The position numbers were made by a program, and so were the translations under genes. Positions 38,634 through 47,295 of a stretch of 47,295 bases of DNA are shown here, piece by piece; the first letter of the stretch is position 1, and each line of letters opens with the position of its first letter. The notes beneath the pieces are model-generated. The model worked only from the letters and a program-made list of their open reading frames with translations. It was not told where the DNA came from and searched no databases. This stretch comes from Candidatus Rifleibacteriota bacterium. GTDB lineage: Bacteria > Muiribacteriota > Ozemobacteria > Ozemobacterales > Ozemobacteraceae. Where the stretch lies: NCBI GenBank assembly GCA_051747585.1, contig JBNJGH010000014.1, forward strand, positions 1-47,295, in the 5' to 3' direction.

Positions 38634-39584
38634 TCAGTCTAAGCTTTCAAGCCCTTCAAGAAATTGCCTGAAAATATCTTTCACCGAAAGAATTTCTTTT
38701 ATACGATAAACCTGCTCTCCTGCAAATACCAGTCCCTGATCAAGTTTGCCCTTACGCGCTTCTATCAAGGCTTTAACAATACAAAACCTTCTGGAACACT
38801 TTTTGAGGCAGTTAATACAAGGTGGCACTTCGACAGTGCCGTCTTCAACCTTCCTGGTAAATTCAGTAGCCAGAGCATTACCATACAACCCTACCGGGCT
38901 GAGTATGCGATAAACGTCTCCTTCTTCGGCCTGCAGATAACGTTGATGAAATGCTTCATCAACATTAGCCTCAAAGCTTGCCGCAAATCTGGTTCCAATT
39001 TGAACTCCGTCTGCACCAAATTCAAAGGCATCGACCAAATCTTGCTTATCGATTATGCCACCTGCAAGAAGCACCGGAATTTTCACTCGTTTTTTGACCT
39101 CGGGAAAAATATCTCGTGCGGGTCGATCTGTTCCCAGATGTCCGCCGGCTTCACTTCCCTCTACCACAACTGCACTGGCGCCAAGCTTTTCTGACAAAGC
39201 GGCAACACGTGCACTTGATACAATGGGAATTACGGGAATATTGAATTCTCTGCCAAGATCAAAAATATCTCTCGAAAATCCGGCACCGGCAACCAGCAAA
39301 TCAATGCCTTCTTCAGCCGCTGTCCGCATGACCATTTTAAATTCACTTGCTGCAACCATGGTATTGATACCAACAATACCGCCCTCGGCAATACTACGCG
39401 CAATTTTGATCTCATCGCGCACTTCATCCATTTCCATGCCAGATCCGGCGATTAAGCCGATTCCGCCCTCGCGGGCAACAGAACCAGCAAGCCGGCCAGT
39501 TGAAACTCGAATAGCCATTCCGCCCTGCATTATAGGGTATTTGGGCTGCAAACTGCCGATTTTTAACTTAGGTAGTATTTTCAA
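38634..39584 (-). CDS. FabK/nitronate-monooxygenase family flavoprotein with 4-Cys motif (FabX-like)
   Basis: PIMQGGM, EGSEAGGH, LAGGI, GVQIGTRF; C-terminal CINCLKKCSRRFC. Confidence 0.8.
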   Translation of the reverse strand: MKILPKLKIGSLQPKYPIMQGGMAIRVSTGRLAGSVAREGGIGLIAGSGMEMDEVRDEIKIARSIAEGGIVGINTMVAASEFKMVMRTAAEEGIDLLVAGAGFSRDIFDLGREFNIPVIPIVSSARVAALSEKLGASAVVVEGSEAGGHLGTDRPARDIFPEVKKRVKIPVLLAGGIIDKQDLVDAFEFGADGVQIGTRFAASFEANVDEAFHQRYLQAEEGDVYRILSPVGLYGNALATEFTRKVEDGTVEVPPCINCLKKCSRRFCIVKALIEARKGKLDQGLVFAGEQVYRIKEILSVKDIFRQFLEGLESLD

Positions 39585-39631
39585 AAGTATCTCCAGGCTT
39601 TTTACAAGTGATTTAGGTTAAGATTAGATTA

Positions 39632-39868
39632 TCAGCCTTTTTTAGAAGTTACGTAGTCAACTGCATCTTTAACGGTTCTGAGCTTTTCTGCATCTTCATC
39701 TGGAATTTCAATTTCAAAATGCTCTTCCAGATCCATTACCAGCTCAACAGTATCAAGACTGTCTGCACCGAGATCTTCGATGAAGCTTGCTTCAAGGGTA
39801 ACCTGCTTTTCATCCACCTGTAGCTTATCAACTACGATTCTTTTAATTTCTTCAAAATAGTTGCTCAT
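39632..39868 (-). CDS. acpP: Acyl carrier protein
   Basis: [22 protein letters not shown]. Confidence 0.98.
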   Translation of the reverse strand: MSNYFEEIKRIVVDKLQVDEKQVTLEASFIEDLGADSLDTVELVMDLEEHFEIEIPDEDAEKLRTVKDAVDYVTSKKG

Positions 39869-39895
39869 TTATAATTTCCTCCTGAAAATGGAAAA

Positions 39896-40651
39896 TCAGG
39901 CCATCACCATGCCGCCATCGACAGTCAGGACCTGACCAGTTATATACGAAGCCTTCGAAGACGCCAGAAAAACAACGGCATTTGCCACGTCTTGTGGTGT
40001 TCCAAAAGCATTCATTGGAATTTGGGTTAACATCTGCTCTTTAACTTTATCGGCAAGCACTGCCGTCATATCAGACTGAATAAAGCCGGGGGCAATGGCA
40101 TTAGCTCGAATACCTTTGCGGCCAAACTCTTTGGCAAAACTTTTAGTAAAACCAATGATTCCGGCTTTGCTGGCAGCATAGTTAGCCTGCCCGGCATTAC
40201 CCATCAAACCGATTACCGAAGCTATATTGACAACAGCTCCGCCTTTCTGTTTGAGCATTGGTCTTACCACAGCCTTTGACATAAGATAAGTGCCTTTGAG
40301 GTTTACTTTTAAAACCATATCCCAGGCTTCTTCATCCATACGCATTAAGAGGCCATCTCTGGTTACACCTGCATTGTTAACCAGAACATCGATACGACCA
40401 AACTCAGCAATGGTTTCCTTAACCAGTTGGTCGGCATCAGCTTTTGCCGATACGTCTGCTTTGCACCCCGAACATTTAATATTTTTGCTGCGAAGCTGCT
40501 CTACAGCATCTTTTAAGCCTTCCTGATTTATATCTGAAAGCATAACAGCATAGCCCTCGGCTCCCATTACTCTGGCGATCTCTAAGCCGATACCGCGAGC
40601 TGAACCTGTTACAATAGCTACTTTCTGTTCGGAATTATTACTGTCAGTCAT
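39896..40651 (-). CDS. fabG: 3-oxoacyl-ACP reductase
   Basis: TGSARGIG, NNAGVTRD, GQANYAASK, VDGGM. Confidence 0.96.
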   Translation of the reverse strand: MTDSNNSEQKVAIVTGSARGIGLEIARVMGAEGYAVMLSDINQEGLKDAVEQLRSKNIKCSGCKADVSAKADADQLVKETIAEFGRIDVLVNNAGVTRDGLLMRMDEEAWDMVLKVNLKGTYLMSKAVVRPMLKQKGGAVVNIASVIGLMGNAGQANYAASKAGIIGFTKSFAKEFGRKGIRANAIAPGFIQSDMTAVLADKVKEQMLTQIPMNAFGTPQDVANAVVFLASSKASYITGQVLTVDGGMVMA

Positions 40652-40700
40652 TATTACCTCGAAATTTTAAATAGGTTAAACAAAATCAATCAATTGAGGA

Positions 40701-40729
40701 GTTTTACTGCTTTTAAAGCTGCATGTCAA
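40701..40729 (-). promoter_or_regulatory. Possible internal promoter for fabG-acpP
   Basis: Minus strand TTGACA-N17-TAAAAC. Confidence 0.45.
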
Positions 40730-40740
40730 CCCCTATTTTT

Positions 40741-41676
40741 TTAACCCGCTTCTGATGCCGCAAGCAGCTTTTCTAATTTTTCCGGACCATCTGCAAAAAT
40801 TGTGGGAACAGAAGAATTTATTTTTTTATTCAAACCGGTCAAAACTTTTCCGGGTCCAATTTCAATAAATTCTTTTACACCATCATTAATCATTGCATTA
40901 ACCGAGTCTACCCAATGAACAGAACCGGTAATCTGGTCAAGCAATTTATTTTGCAGCTGTTCGGCAGAATTGGTCCGAGCTGCGTCAACATTTCCATAAA
41001 CAGGAATTTCTCCATCTTTAAATTCAAACTTTTTAATTGCTTGTGCAAGTTCCTGACGGGCTTTTGTCATTAAAGGAGAATGAAACGGGCCTGAAACGAC
41101 TAATGGGGTAACTCTTCTGGCGCCTGCTTCTTTTGCAAGCTCTCCGGCTTTTTTAACTGCCTTGGATTCACCAGAAATGACCATCTGCACAGGGCTGTTA
41201 TAATTTGCAATAACACAAGGCCCAAGCTCGTTTGAAACTTTTTTTGTGATTTCTTCAAGTTTTTCTCTGGGGAGCATCATTATGGCGCTCATTGCCCCCT
41301 TGCCGGCAGGGCAAGATTTTTCCATGGCCTCAGATCTGATAGACACAAGTTTGAGCAGATCTTCGTAAGAAGCGGCCCCCGCGGCATAGATGGCATTATA
41401 CTCACCAAGGCTGTGACCTGCAGTAACATCAAATTTCACACCATTTCGCCTGACCCATTCAGTCAAAAGCGCTGAAGTGAAAAATATAGCAGGTTGTGTG
41501 TTAACAGTTTTCTTTAATTCTTCTTCCGGACCGTTAAAACATATAGAACTTAGCGAACGACCCAAAACGGCATCGGTTTTTTCGGCAATCTGTGCAGCCC
41601 AGTCGAATTTCTCAACCATGGCCTTTGCCATTCCAACTTTCTGTGATCCCTGCCCCGGGAAAATAAGTGCCTTCAT
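40741..41676 (-). CDS. fabD: Malonyl-CoA:ACP transacylase
   Basis: FPGQGSQ, TQPAI, GHSLGE, VSGPFHS, EIGPGKVL. Confidence 0.97.
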   Translation of the reverse strand: MKALIFPGQGSQKVGMAKAMVEKFDWAAQIAEKTDAVLGRSLSSICFNGPEEELKKTVNTQPAIFFTSALLTEWVRRNGVKFDVTAGHSLGEYNAIYAAGAASYEDLLKLVSIRSEAMEKSCPAGKGAMSAIMMLPREKLEEITKKVSNELGPCVIANYNSPVQMVISGESKAVKKAGELAKEAGARRVTPLVVSGPFHSPLMTKARQELAQAIKKFEFKDGEIPVYGNVDAARTNSAEQLQNKLLDQITGSVHWVDSVNAMINDGVKEFIEIGPGKVLTGLNKKINSSVPTIFADGPEKLEKLLAASEAG

Positions 41677-41689
41677 TTTTCCCCCTGGT

Positions 41690-42643
41690 TTAAATTTTTA
41701 TTGGTTTAAAAGCTTGCAGGCGCTCAAAAGTCTGCAAATAATCACTTTCCAGTTCTTGAATGATTTCTGCTGCAGACTGTTCTTTTTTTAACAGGCCACT
41801 AATCTGCCCCGCCATTACAGAACCGTCCGAAGTGTCTCCATCGATAACCGAAAGCTTTAAACGCCCCTTACCCATTTCTTCGAGCTCATCAACTGAGGCC
41901 CCATTGAATTCTTTATCCTGATATTCCCTGGTAAGACGATTTCGTATTACTCTCACCGGATGCCCTGTTTTCAGACCGGTCATTACCGTATCCCGATCCC
42001 GAGCTTTTAGAACCGCTTTTTTGTAATTTTCATGTGCATGGCATTCTCTTGCCAGAATGAATCTGGTGCCCATTTGCACAGCTTCAGCTCCAAGCGCAAA
42101 AGCGGCGGCAATACCACGACCATCTGCGATGCCTCCGGCTGCGATAACAGGTATTTTAATTGCATCTGCTATCTGCGGTATCAAAACCATTGAGGTTATT
42201 TCGCCAACATGACCTCCTGATTCGTGCCCCTCTGCAATTACTGCATCTACGCCAGATCTTTCAAGTCTTTTGGCAAGCGCAACTGAGGAAACCACAGGAA
42301 CAACCTTTATTCCAGCTTCTTTGAATCGTTTAACAAGAGGGCCGGGATTTCCGGCACCTGTAGTTACAACTGGAACCTTTTCTTCAATACAGACGTCGAC
42401 GACGCCTGGAGCGGTGGGCATCATCAACATAATATTGACACCAAAAGGTTTATCGGTAAGGGATTTAATCTTATGAATTTCCTGTCGAACCAGCTCAGGT
42501 TCCAATGACCCGGAACCAAAAACCCCAAGGCCTCCAGCATTACTTACAGCCGCTATAAGGCTTGCAGAACTCACCCAGGCCATACCGCCCTGAATGATTG
42601 GATATTTTATTCCAAGCATTTTTGTTATTCTGGTTTCGATCAT
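41690..42643 (-). CDS. fabK: Enoyl-ACP reductase II
   Basis: PIIQGGMAWV, EGHESGGH, IAAGGIADGRG, TGHPVR, GSVMAGQI. Confidence 0.93.
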   Translation of the reverse strand: MIETRITKMLGIKYPIIQGGMAWVSSASLIAAVSNAGGLGVFGSGSLEPELVRQEIHKIKSLTDKPFGVNIMLMMPTAPGVVDVCIEEKVPVVTTGAGNPGPLVKRFKEAGIKVVPVVSSVALAKRLERSGVDAVIAEGHESGGHVGEITSMVLIPQIADAIKIPVIAAGGIADGRGIAAAFALGAEAVQMGTRFILARECHAHENYKKAVLKARDRDTVMTGLKTGHPVRVIRNRLTREYQDKEFNGASVDELEEMGKGRLKLSVIDGDTSDGSVMAGQISGLLKKEQSAAEIIQELESDYLQTFERLQAFKPIKI

Positions 42644-42735
42644 TTTCGAAGATCTCCCTATCTATTTTTCAAACTTATAAAACGAATATTGCTGTTAACA
42701 ATCAAGGCTAATATAAACCAAGCTCTTGAAGTTTG

Positions 42736-43725
42736 CTAACCTTCCTTTTCAACCTGCTTCTGTATCAAATCAATAACTCCGGTGGAAGCATAGCTAACCG
42801 CAAGTTCAATTGCATTTGAAATAACTTTTGCTTTAGATTTTCCATGACAAACAACGGAAACCCCGTTAATTCCAAGGAGTGGTGCAGCACTGTATTCTGG
42901 GGCATCGGAGCTGAACTTTTTCAATCCACTTTTTAAATTTACCAGTAATTCAGAAGGAACATTTAATTGCTGCGCTGTTTTAAAAACAGCACCCTGAATA
43001 AGCTCAGAGATGCTCTCGCTGGCTTTTAACAGAACATTTCCGACGAAACCATCGCAAATAACGACATTGGCCTTACCATAATAAAGGAGATCGGCCTCAA
43101 CATTTCCGACAAAATTCAAAGAACTTTTAGAAAGCAACTCATAGGTAGCTTTTGTGTTTTCGTTCCCTTTGCTGGGCTCTTCGCCAATATTAAGCAAACC
43201 AACCGCAGGCCTCTCTATTTTACAAACCTTCTGGTAATAAGCCGAACCCATTAAAGCAAACTGCAACAAATGGTGGGGTTTACAATCAACATTTGCGCCA
43301 ACATCAAGGACAAGAACTCCGTGATCTTTTGCGCTTGGAAGCATAACCGAAATAGCAGGGCGATCTACGCCGGGTATTCGACCAAGCTCCATTAATGACG
43401 CCACCATCTGTGCGCCGGTACTCCCGGCAGACAAAAGAGCATCAACTTCTTTGTTGCGTACAAGACGAGTCGCCACCGCAATTGAGGCTTTTTTCTTCCT
43501 TCGAAGGGCCTGCATAGGAGCATCGCCCATCTCAATAAATTCCGGTGTGTCTACAACGGAACAATTGGCAGGCAACTCCGACATCGTCTCACGAATGGCG
43601 GACTCTTTACCAACCAGAACCAGACCAACATCAGGATTTTTACTTGCAAAATCCTGTGCGCCCAGAACCAGCTCACGGGGGGCGAAATCACCACCCATAA
43701 CATCAACAGCGATTTTCATTCGCAT
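42736..43725 (-). CDS. plsX: Phosphate acyltransferase (start ATG 43725 or 43719)
   Basis: IAVDVMGGDFAP, LDVGANVD, LLNIGEE..KG, CDGFVGNV. Confidence 0.96.
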   Translation of the reverse strand: MRMKIAVDVMGGDFAPRELVLGAQDFASKNPDVGLVLVGKESAIRETMSELPANCSVVDTPEFIEMGDAPMQALRRKKKASIAVATRLVRNKEVDALLSAGSTGAQMVASLMELGRIPGVDRPAISVMLPSAKDHGVLVLDVGANVDCKPHHLLQFALMGSAYYQKVCKIERPAVGLLNIGEEPSKGNENTKATYELLSKSSLNFVGNVEADLLYYGKANVVICDGFVGNVLLKASESISELIQGAVFKTAQQLNVPSELLVNLKSGLKKFSSDAPEYSAAPLLGINGVSVVCHGKSKAKVISNAIELAVSYASTGVIDLIQKQVEKEG

Positions 43726-43736
43726 TGAATTCCGAA

Positions 43737-43925
43737 TTATTCTTGTTCTACGTCGAGAACCCTGGTTTTCTTGCCGTAATAACCGCAAGCTTTACAAACT
43801 CTGTGAGCTCTTTTTGTCTCAAAACAATGAGGACACTTGGCCAGAGCTACAGGATTAGCTTTGTAATGAGTTCTACGTTTTCTACCTCTGAGTTTGGAAA
43901 CTCTATTCTTAGGACATGCACCCAT
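43737..43925 (-). CDS. rpmF: 50S ribosomal protein L32
   Basis: MGACPKNRVSK..RKRRTH, CPHC..HRVCKACGYY zinc motif; GGAGGA SD before ATG 43925. Confidence 0.95.
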   Translation of the reverse strand: MGACPKNRVSKLRGRKRRTHYKANPVALAKCPHCFETKRAHRVCKACGYYGKKTRVLDVEQE

Positions 43926-43959
43926 GGTAACTTCCTCCAGGATTGAAATAAGTGCGGTG

Positions 43960-43988
43960 AGTATAACAGAATAGTTACGGCAAGTCAA
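43960..43988 (-). promoter_or_regulatory. Sigma70 promoter of the rpmF-plsX-fab cluster
   Basis: Minus strand TTGACT-N17-TATACT with extended -10 TG. Confidence 0.75.
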
Positions 43989-44035
43989 TTAACCAATTTC
44001 AGTCACAGTTATTGTGTTAATTGCAATAAAAAAAC

Positions 44036-44764
44036 TTAAAGAGGTTTGGAAGCCGGTGTTCCATTTTTTCGCGGGAACTTTCCGGCTGTCGGTTTTGTTT
44101 TTTTTATCTGCAAATAGCCACGACTAAAAGGTAATTCAGGCTCTAACAACTGAAAAATTTTAACATCAGATTTTTTTATGCCAAGCTGTTTTAAAGCATT
44201 TTCAGCTTCGGCAACTTCTTTTTCCAATTTTGGGCCTTTGTAATAAAAGCTGTAACCACCAACTTTAGTAAGAGGCAATGTATACTCAAGAAGGATTCGC
44301 ACAGCAGAAAGGGCTCGGCAGATTACCAGATCGCTTTGCTCGCGATATTTTTTATTCTGCCCCAGTTCTTCTATTCTTGAATGTACAACCCGAATGTTTT
44401 TCAGACCAATATTTAGCGCCATTCTATCTACGAATTCGACTGATTTTAACCTTGAATCGACTGCGACGAAATCGACTTCGGGCAACACCACGGCAAGCGG
44501 TAGAACAGGGAAACCTGCTCCTGTCCCAAGATCCATAATTTTTTTGCTGGATTTGAAAATTTTTGTTCCAAGTGCCAGCGGAGCAAGACTATCGATAAAA
44601 TGTTTTAATGCGATATCTTCCGGGGTGGAGATCTTGGAGACACTTGGGTAAAGTGGATCTGAAAGCATACTTTCGCCAAGACTATTCAATAAAGCCACCT
44701 GCCTGGGAGCAACTTCTATGCCCAGCTTACTCAGCCATGGTTGCATATAGCTTTCAAAATTCAT
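44036..44764 (-). CDS. rsmG: 16S rRNA m7G527 methyltransferase
   Basis: KHFIDSL, DLGTGAGFP, CRAL, PRKNGTPASKPL; follows mnmG. Confidence 0.95.
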   Translation of the reverse strand: MNFESYMQPWLSKLGIEVAPRQVALLNSLGESMLSDPLYPSVSKISTPEDIALKHFIDSLAPLALGTKIFKSSKKIMDLGTGAGFPVLPLAVVLPEVDFVAVDSRLKSVEFVDRMALNIGLKNIRVVHSRIEELGQNKKYREQSDLVICRALSAVRILLEYTLPLTKVGGYSFYYKGPKLEKEVAEAENALKQLGIKKSDVKIFQLLEPELPFSRGYLQIKKTKPTAGKFPRKNGTPASKPL

Positions 44765-46650
44765 TTAAATCCACCGGATATTTTTTTAAGTCTCTTTTTA
44801 AGATTCATTAAAATAACCATCATATCGGATGCTCTTACCCCGGGGATTCTTTCGAGATCACCAACGGTTAAAGGGCGGACGGCTGCAATATTCATTCGAG
44901 CTTCTTTGGAAACCGCATCGGGAATTTCCTGATAAAATTCAGGGGGAATTTTCATTGATGCCATGCTTTCCCGCAACTGAAAATGCTTTTTCTGCTGAAT
45001 CAGATAACCGGAATATTTAACTCTAGCCTCTAACTCTATTTTGGCAAGCAGATCAAGTTGCTCTAACTCCGGAAGCAAATCATTAAAATCTGCCACTGAA
45101 AACTCGGGCCATTTAAGCAATCTTGCCAAAGAAACAGACGAGCTAATTTTTCGATTTTTCAACTCTTCAAATTCTTCTACTAGTTCTTTAGGTGTCAGGC
45201 TAATGTTTTCGAGTTTATTTTCGAGCTCTGTTATACTCTTTTGCCTTCTTTTTAAGATAGTATATTTTTTTTCACCGAGAACTTTGTAATGATAAGCTAT
45301 TTCGGAAAGCCTTTCTTCGGCGTTTGACATACGTAGTTGCAATCTGAAAGGCGATCTTGAAGTAAAGACCCTGTAGGGTTCTTTTATTCCGGTTGTTGTA
45401 ATTTCTTGAACCATCAAGCCCAGATACGAATTTTGTGGCGTTAAAAGCAGTGGCCTTTCCTGCCTTAAAACTGCAGCGGCGTTAAGTCCTGCCAGCAAAC
45501 CCTGGGCAGCGGCCTCTTCGTAACCGGATGTACCGTTAATCTGGCCCGCAAGAAAAAGATTTTCAACTGATCTGGACATCATGGTGGGATAAAGATCAAG
45601 AGGATCTATTACATCATACTCTATTCCATAGCCGGGTCTGGTAATCACTGCTTCTGCATGACCGGGCAATGTTCTTACATATTCTTCCTGAATATCTTCG
45701 GGCAAGCTTGTTGAAAGCCCCTGAAGATAAATTTCACTTGAGTGTGTTCCTTCCGGTTCAAGAAAAACCTTATGGGCCAGCTTATCGGGAAATTTGTTAA
45801 TCTTGTCTTCTATTGATGGACAATATCTTGGCCCGGTGCCTGTAATTGTGCCGGCTACCAGAGCTGATTTTTCGATGTTTTCTACAATTACTCTGTGTGT
45901 CTGTTCAGTTGTTCTTATTATATGACAAGGCTTTGAAGGAAGCCGAATTATCGGATCTGACCAAAGTGAAAACGGTGGAGTAAAAGGCTCATCAACCTGC
46001 TTTTCCATATTCGCAAAATCTATAGTCGAGCTGTCGACCCTTGGCGGTGTTCCGGTTTTAAAACGCATCAGTGGCAAACCGGCTTTTTCAAGCGATTTTC
46101 CAAGGGCGTCTGCTGCAGGCTCTCCAGCACGGCCGGCTGAATAACTTATCGGCCCGATATGAATGACACCACGTAAAAAGGTTCCGGTTGTCAAAATAAC
46201 TATCGGTGCCTTGATTTGATCGCCATTAACAAGGCCAATGCCAATAACTCGATTATTTTCGCTTATCAAATCTGTAACCATTTGCTGTAAAATCGAAAGG
46301 CGTTCGCAGGACATCAATGATTTCAGCATTCTCTGACCGTAAGCTTCTTTGTCAGATTGAAACCTGTTGGCTTGAACGGCTATTCCTTTTCTTGTGTTCA
46401 GCCTTCGCCTTTGAATTGAAGTTTCATCGGCTACTATGCCCATTTCGCCGCCCAATGCATCGATTTCTCTTACAAGTTGCCCCTTACCCTGACCACCAAC
46501 TGATGGGTTGCAGGGCATCGCCGCAACGGCATCAAGATTAATGGTAACAAGAAGAGTCCGGGCACCGGCTCTTGCAGCGGCCAAAGCGGCTTCACAACCC
46601 GCATGCCCTGCACCAACTACTATGACCTCAAAATCTTTTGTGTTTTTCAC
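44761..46650 (-). CDS. mnmG: tRNA uridine 5-carboxymethylaminomethyl modification enzyme (GidA)
   Basis: GAGHAGCEAA, CNPSVGG, RFKTGTPPR, GPRYCPSIEDK, AGQINGTSGYEEAAAQG; GTG start. Confidence 0.97.
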   Translation of the reverse strand: MKNTKDFEVIVVGAGHAGCEAALAAARAGARTLLVTINLDAVAAMPCNPSVGGQGKGQLVREIDALGGEMGIVADETSIQRRRLNTRKGIAVQANRFQSDKEAYGQRMLKSLMSCERLSILQQMVTDLISENNRVIGIGLVNGDQIKAPIVILTTGTFLRGVIHIGPISYSAGRAGEPAADALGKSLEKAGLPLMRFKTGTPPRVDSSTIDFANMEKQVDEPFTPPFSLWSDPIIRLPSKPCHIIRTTEQTHRVIVENIEKSALVAGTITGTGPRYCPSIEDKINKFPDKLAHKVFLEPEGTHSSEIYLQGLSTSLPEDIQEEYVRTLPGHAEAVITRPGYGIEYDVIDPLDLYPTMMSRSVENLFLAGQINGTSGYEEAAAQGLLAGLNAAAVLRQERPLLLTPQNSYLGLMVQEITTTGIKEPYRVFTSRSPFRLQLRMSNAEERLSEIAYHYKVLGEKKYTILKRRQKSITELENKLENISLTPKELVEEFEELKNRKISSSVSLARLLKWPEFSVADFNDLLPELEQLDLLAKIELEARVKYSGYLIQQKKHFQLRESMASMKIPPEFYQEIPDAVSKEARMNIAAVRPLTVGDLERIPGVRASDMMVILMNLKKRLKKISGGFK

Positions 46651-47295
46651 TTTGATATAAGTATAGATTTGTTAACCAATGAACGAACAAGATCGTTATT
46701 ATCGTCAACCATTTGTTTTAAGAGTTCTTTAGCTTCTGGTGTTCTTTTACGGGAAAGAATTTTGGCAGCGGCAAGCCTTACATGATCATCCGGATGATTA
46801 AAGGATTTTTCAACCAGAAGCATCTGATCCTTTCCCATTACAAATGCAATATCTTTAGCTGCGGAACGCCAATCAGCCTGATCATCGGAGCAAAGCCTTT
46901 TATAAATTTCCAGCGAGCGCGACTTGGCAAATTCCGGGCTGCCTTCCTCACTTGCACCGGCTGTGTCGGGTTGAGGCGGAGGCGGACTCGCGGCCGGTGG
47001 CGTCGGCGATGCCGGTTGAGGCGGAGGCGGACTCGCGGCCGGTGGCGTCGGCGGTGCCGGTTGAGGCGGCGGCGGACTCGCTGCCGGTGGTGTCGGCGGT
47101 GCCGGTTGAGGCGGCGGCGGACTGGCTGCCGGTGGTGTCGGCGGTGCCGGCTGAGGCGGCGGCGGACTGGCTGCCGGTGGTGTCGGCGGTGCCGGCTGAG
47201 GCGGCGGCGGACTGGCTGCCGGTGGTGTCGGCGGTGCCGGCTGAGGCGGCGGCGGACTGGCTGCCGGTGGTGTCGGCGGTGCCGGCTGAGGCGGC
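46647..47295 (-). CDS. HEAT-repeat protein with Pro-rich tandem-repeat linker (5' end outside window)
   Basis: The frame of ORF 46647..46838 stays open to the window end; C-terminal HPDDHVRLAAAKIL and DDNNDLVR are HEAT-like. Confidence 0.8.
   Translation of the reverse strand, partial: PPQPAPPTPPAASPPPPQPAPPTPPAASPPPPQPAPPTPPAASPPPPQPAPPTPPAASPPPPQPAPPTPPAASPPPPQPAPPTPPAASPPPPQPASPTPPAASPPPPQPDTAGASEEGSPEFAKSRSLEIYKRLCSDDQADWRSAAKDIAFVMGKDQMLLVEKSFNHPDDHVRLAAAKILSRKRTPEAKELLKQMVDDNNDLVRSLVNKSILISK
46968..47295 (-). repeat. 45-bp coding tandem repeat (>=7 copies), PPTPPAASPPPPQPA
   Basis: Plus-strand unit GCCGGCTGAGGCGGCGGCGGACTGGCTGCCGGTGGTGTCGGCGGT repeated to the window edge. Confidence 0.95.

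Noticed and set aside
42736..43988. Long ORF-track starts for plsX (43788), rpmF (43988) and similarly fabF (38582)
   Set aside because: Homologous N-termini, SD positions and gene overlaps support the later ATGs at 43725/43719, 43925 and 38513.

Overview
Chromosomal, AT-rich bacterial window. The envelope proteins indicate a diderm; the large HAMP-adenylate cyclase, many TPR proteins, spoVS and a Firmicutes-like fab cluster suggest a deep-branching lineage such as Ca. Riflebacteria (inference only). Left to right: an atypical chaperone-usher-like fimbrial cluster (1008-8765), PMCA-type Ca2+ ATPase, class III cyclase, creatininase-family gene, galT-like gene, DEAD-box helicase, htpG, CBM20-esterase, rhodanese, an envelope operon (two DUF3857/transglutaminase-like paralogs, O-antigen-ligase-TPR, giant TPR, beta-barrel), TPR protein, spoVS, the minus-strand rpmF-plsX-fabK-fabD-fabG-acpP-(FabX-like)-fabF cluster, rsmG, mnmG and a truncated Pro-rich HEAT protein. 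The most unusual signals are non-coding. (1) A ~210-bp intergenic element occurs three times (739-954, 12326-12536, 15874-16080). Its ~142-145-bp core folds into a four-way junction: three helices are nearly invariant, while the fourth has a different 18-19-nt sequence in every copy yet stays paired and 28-29 bp long. In copy 2 the core is inverted relative to its asymmetric flanks. (2) A probable ~180-nt minus-strand sRNA at 17252-17434 is framed by a consensus sigma54 promoter, a candidate enhancer palindrome and its own terminator. Several REP-like families and CG-containing hexamer arrays are also present. No CRISPR array, tRNA, rRNA, transposase or recombinase was recognised. All family calls come from motifs read by eye; no searches were run.
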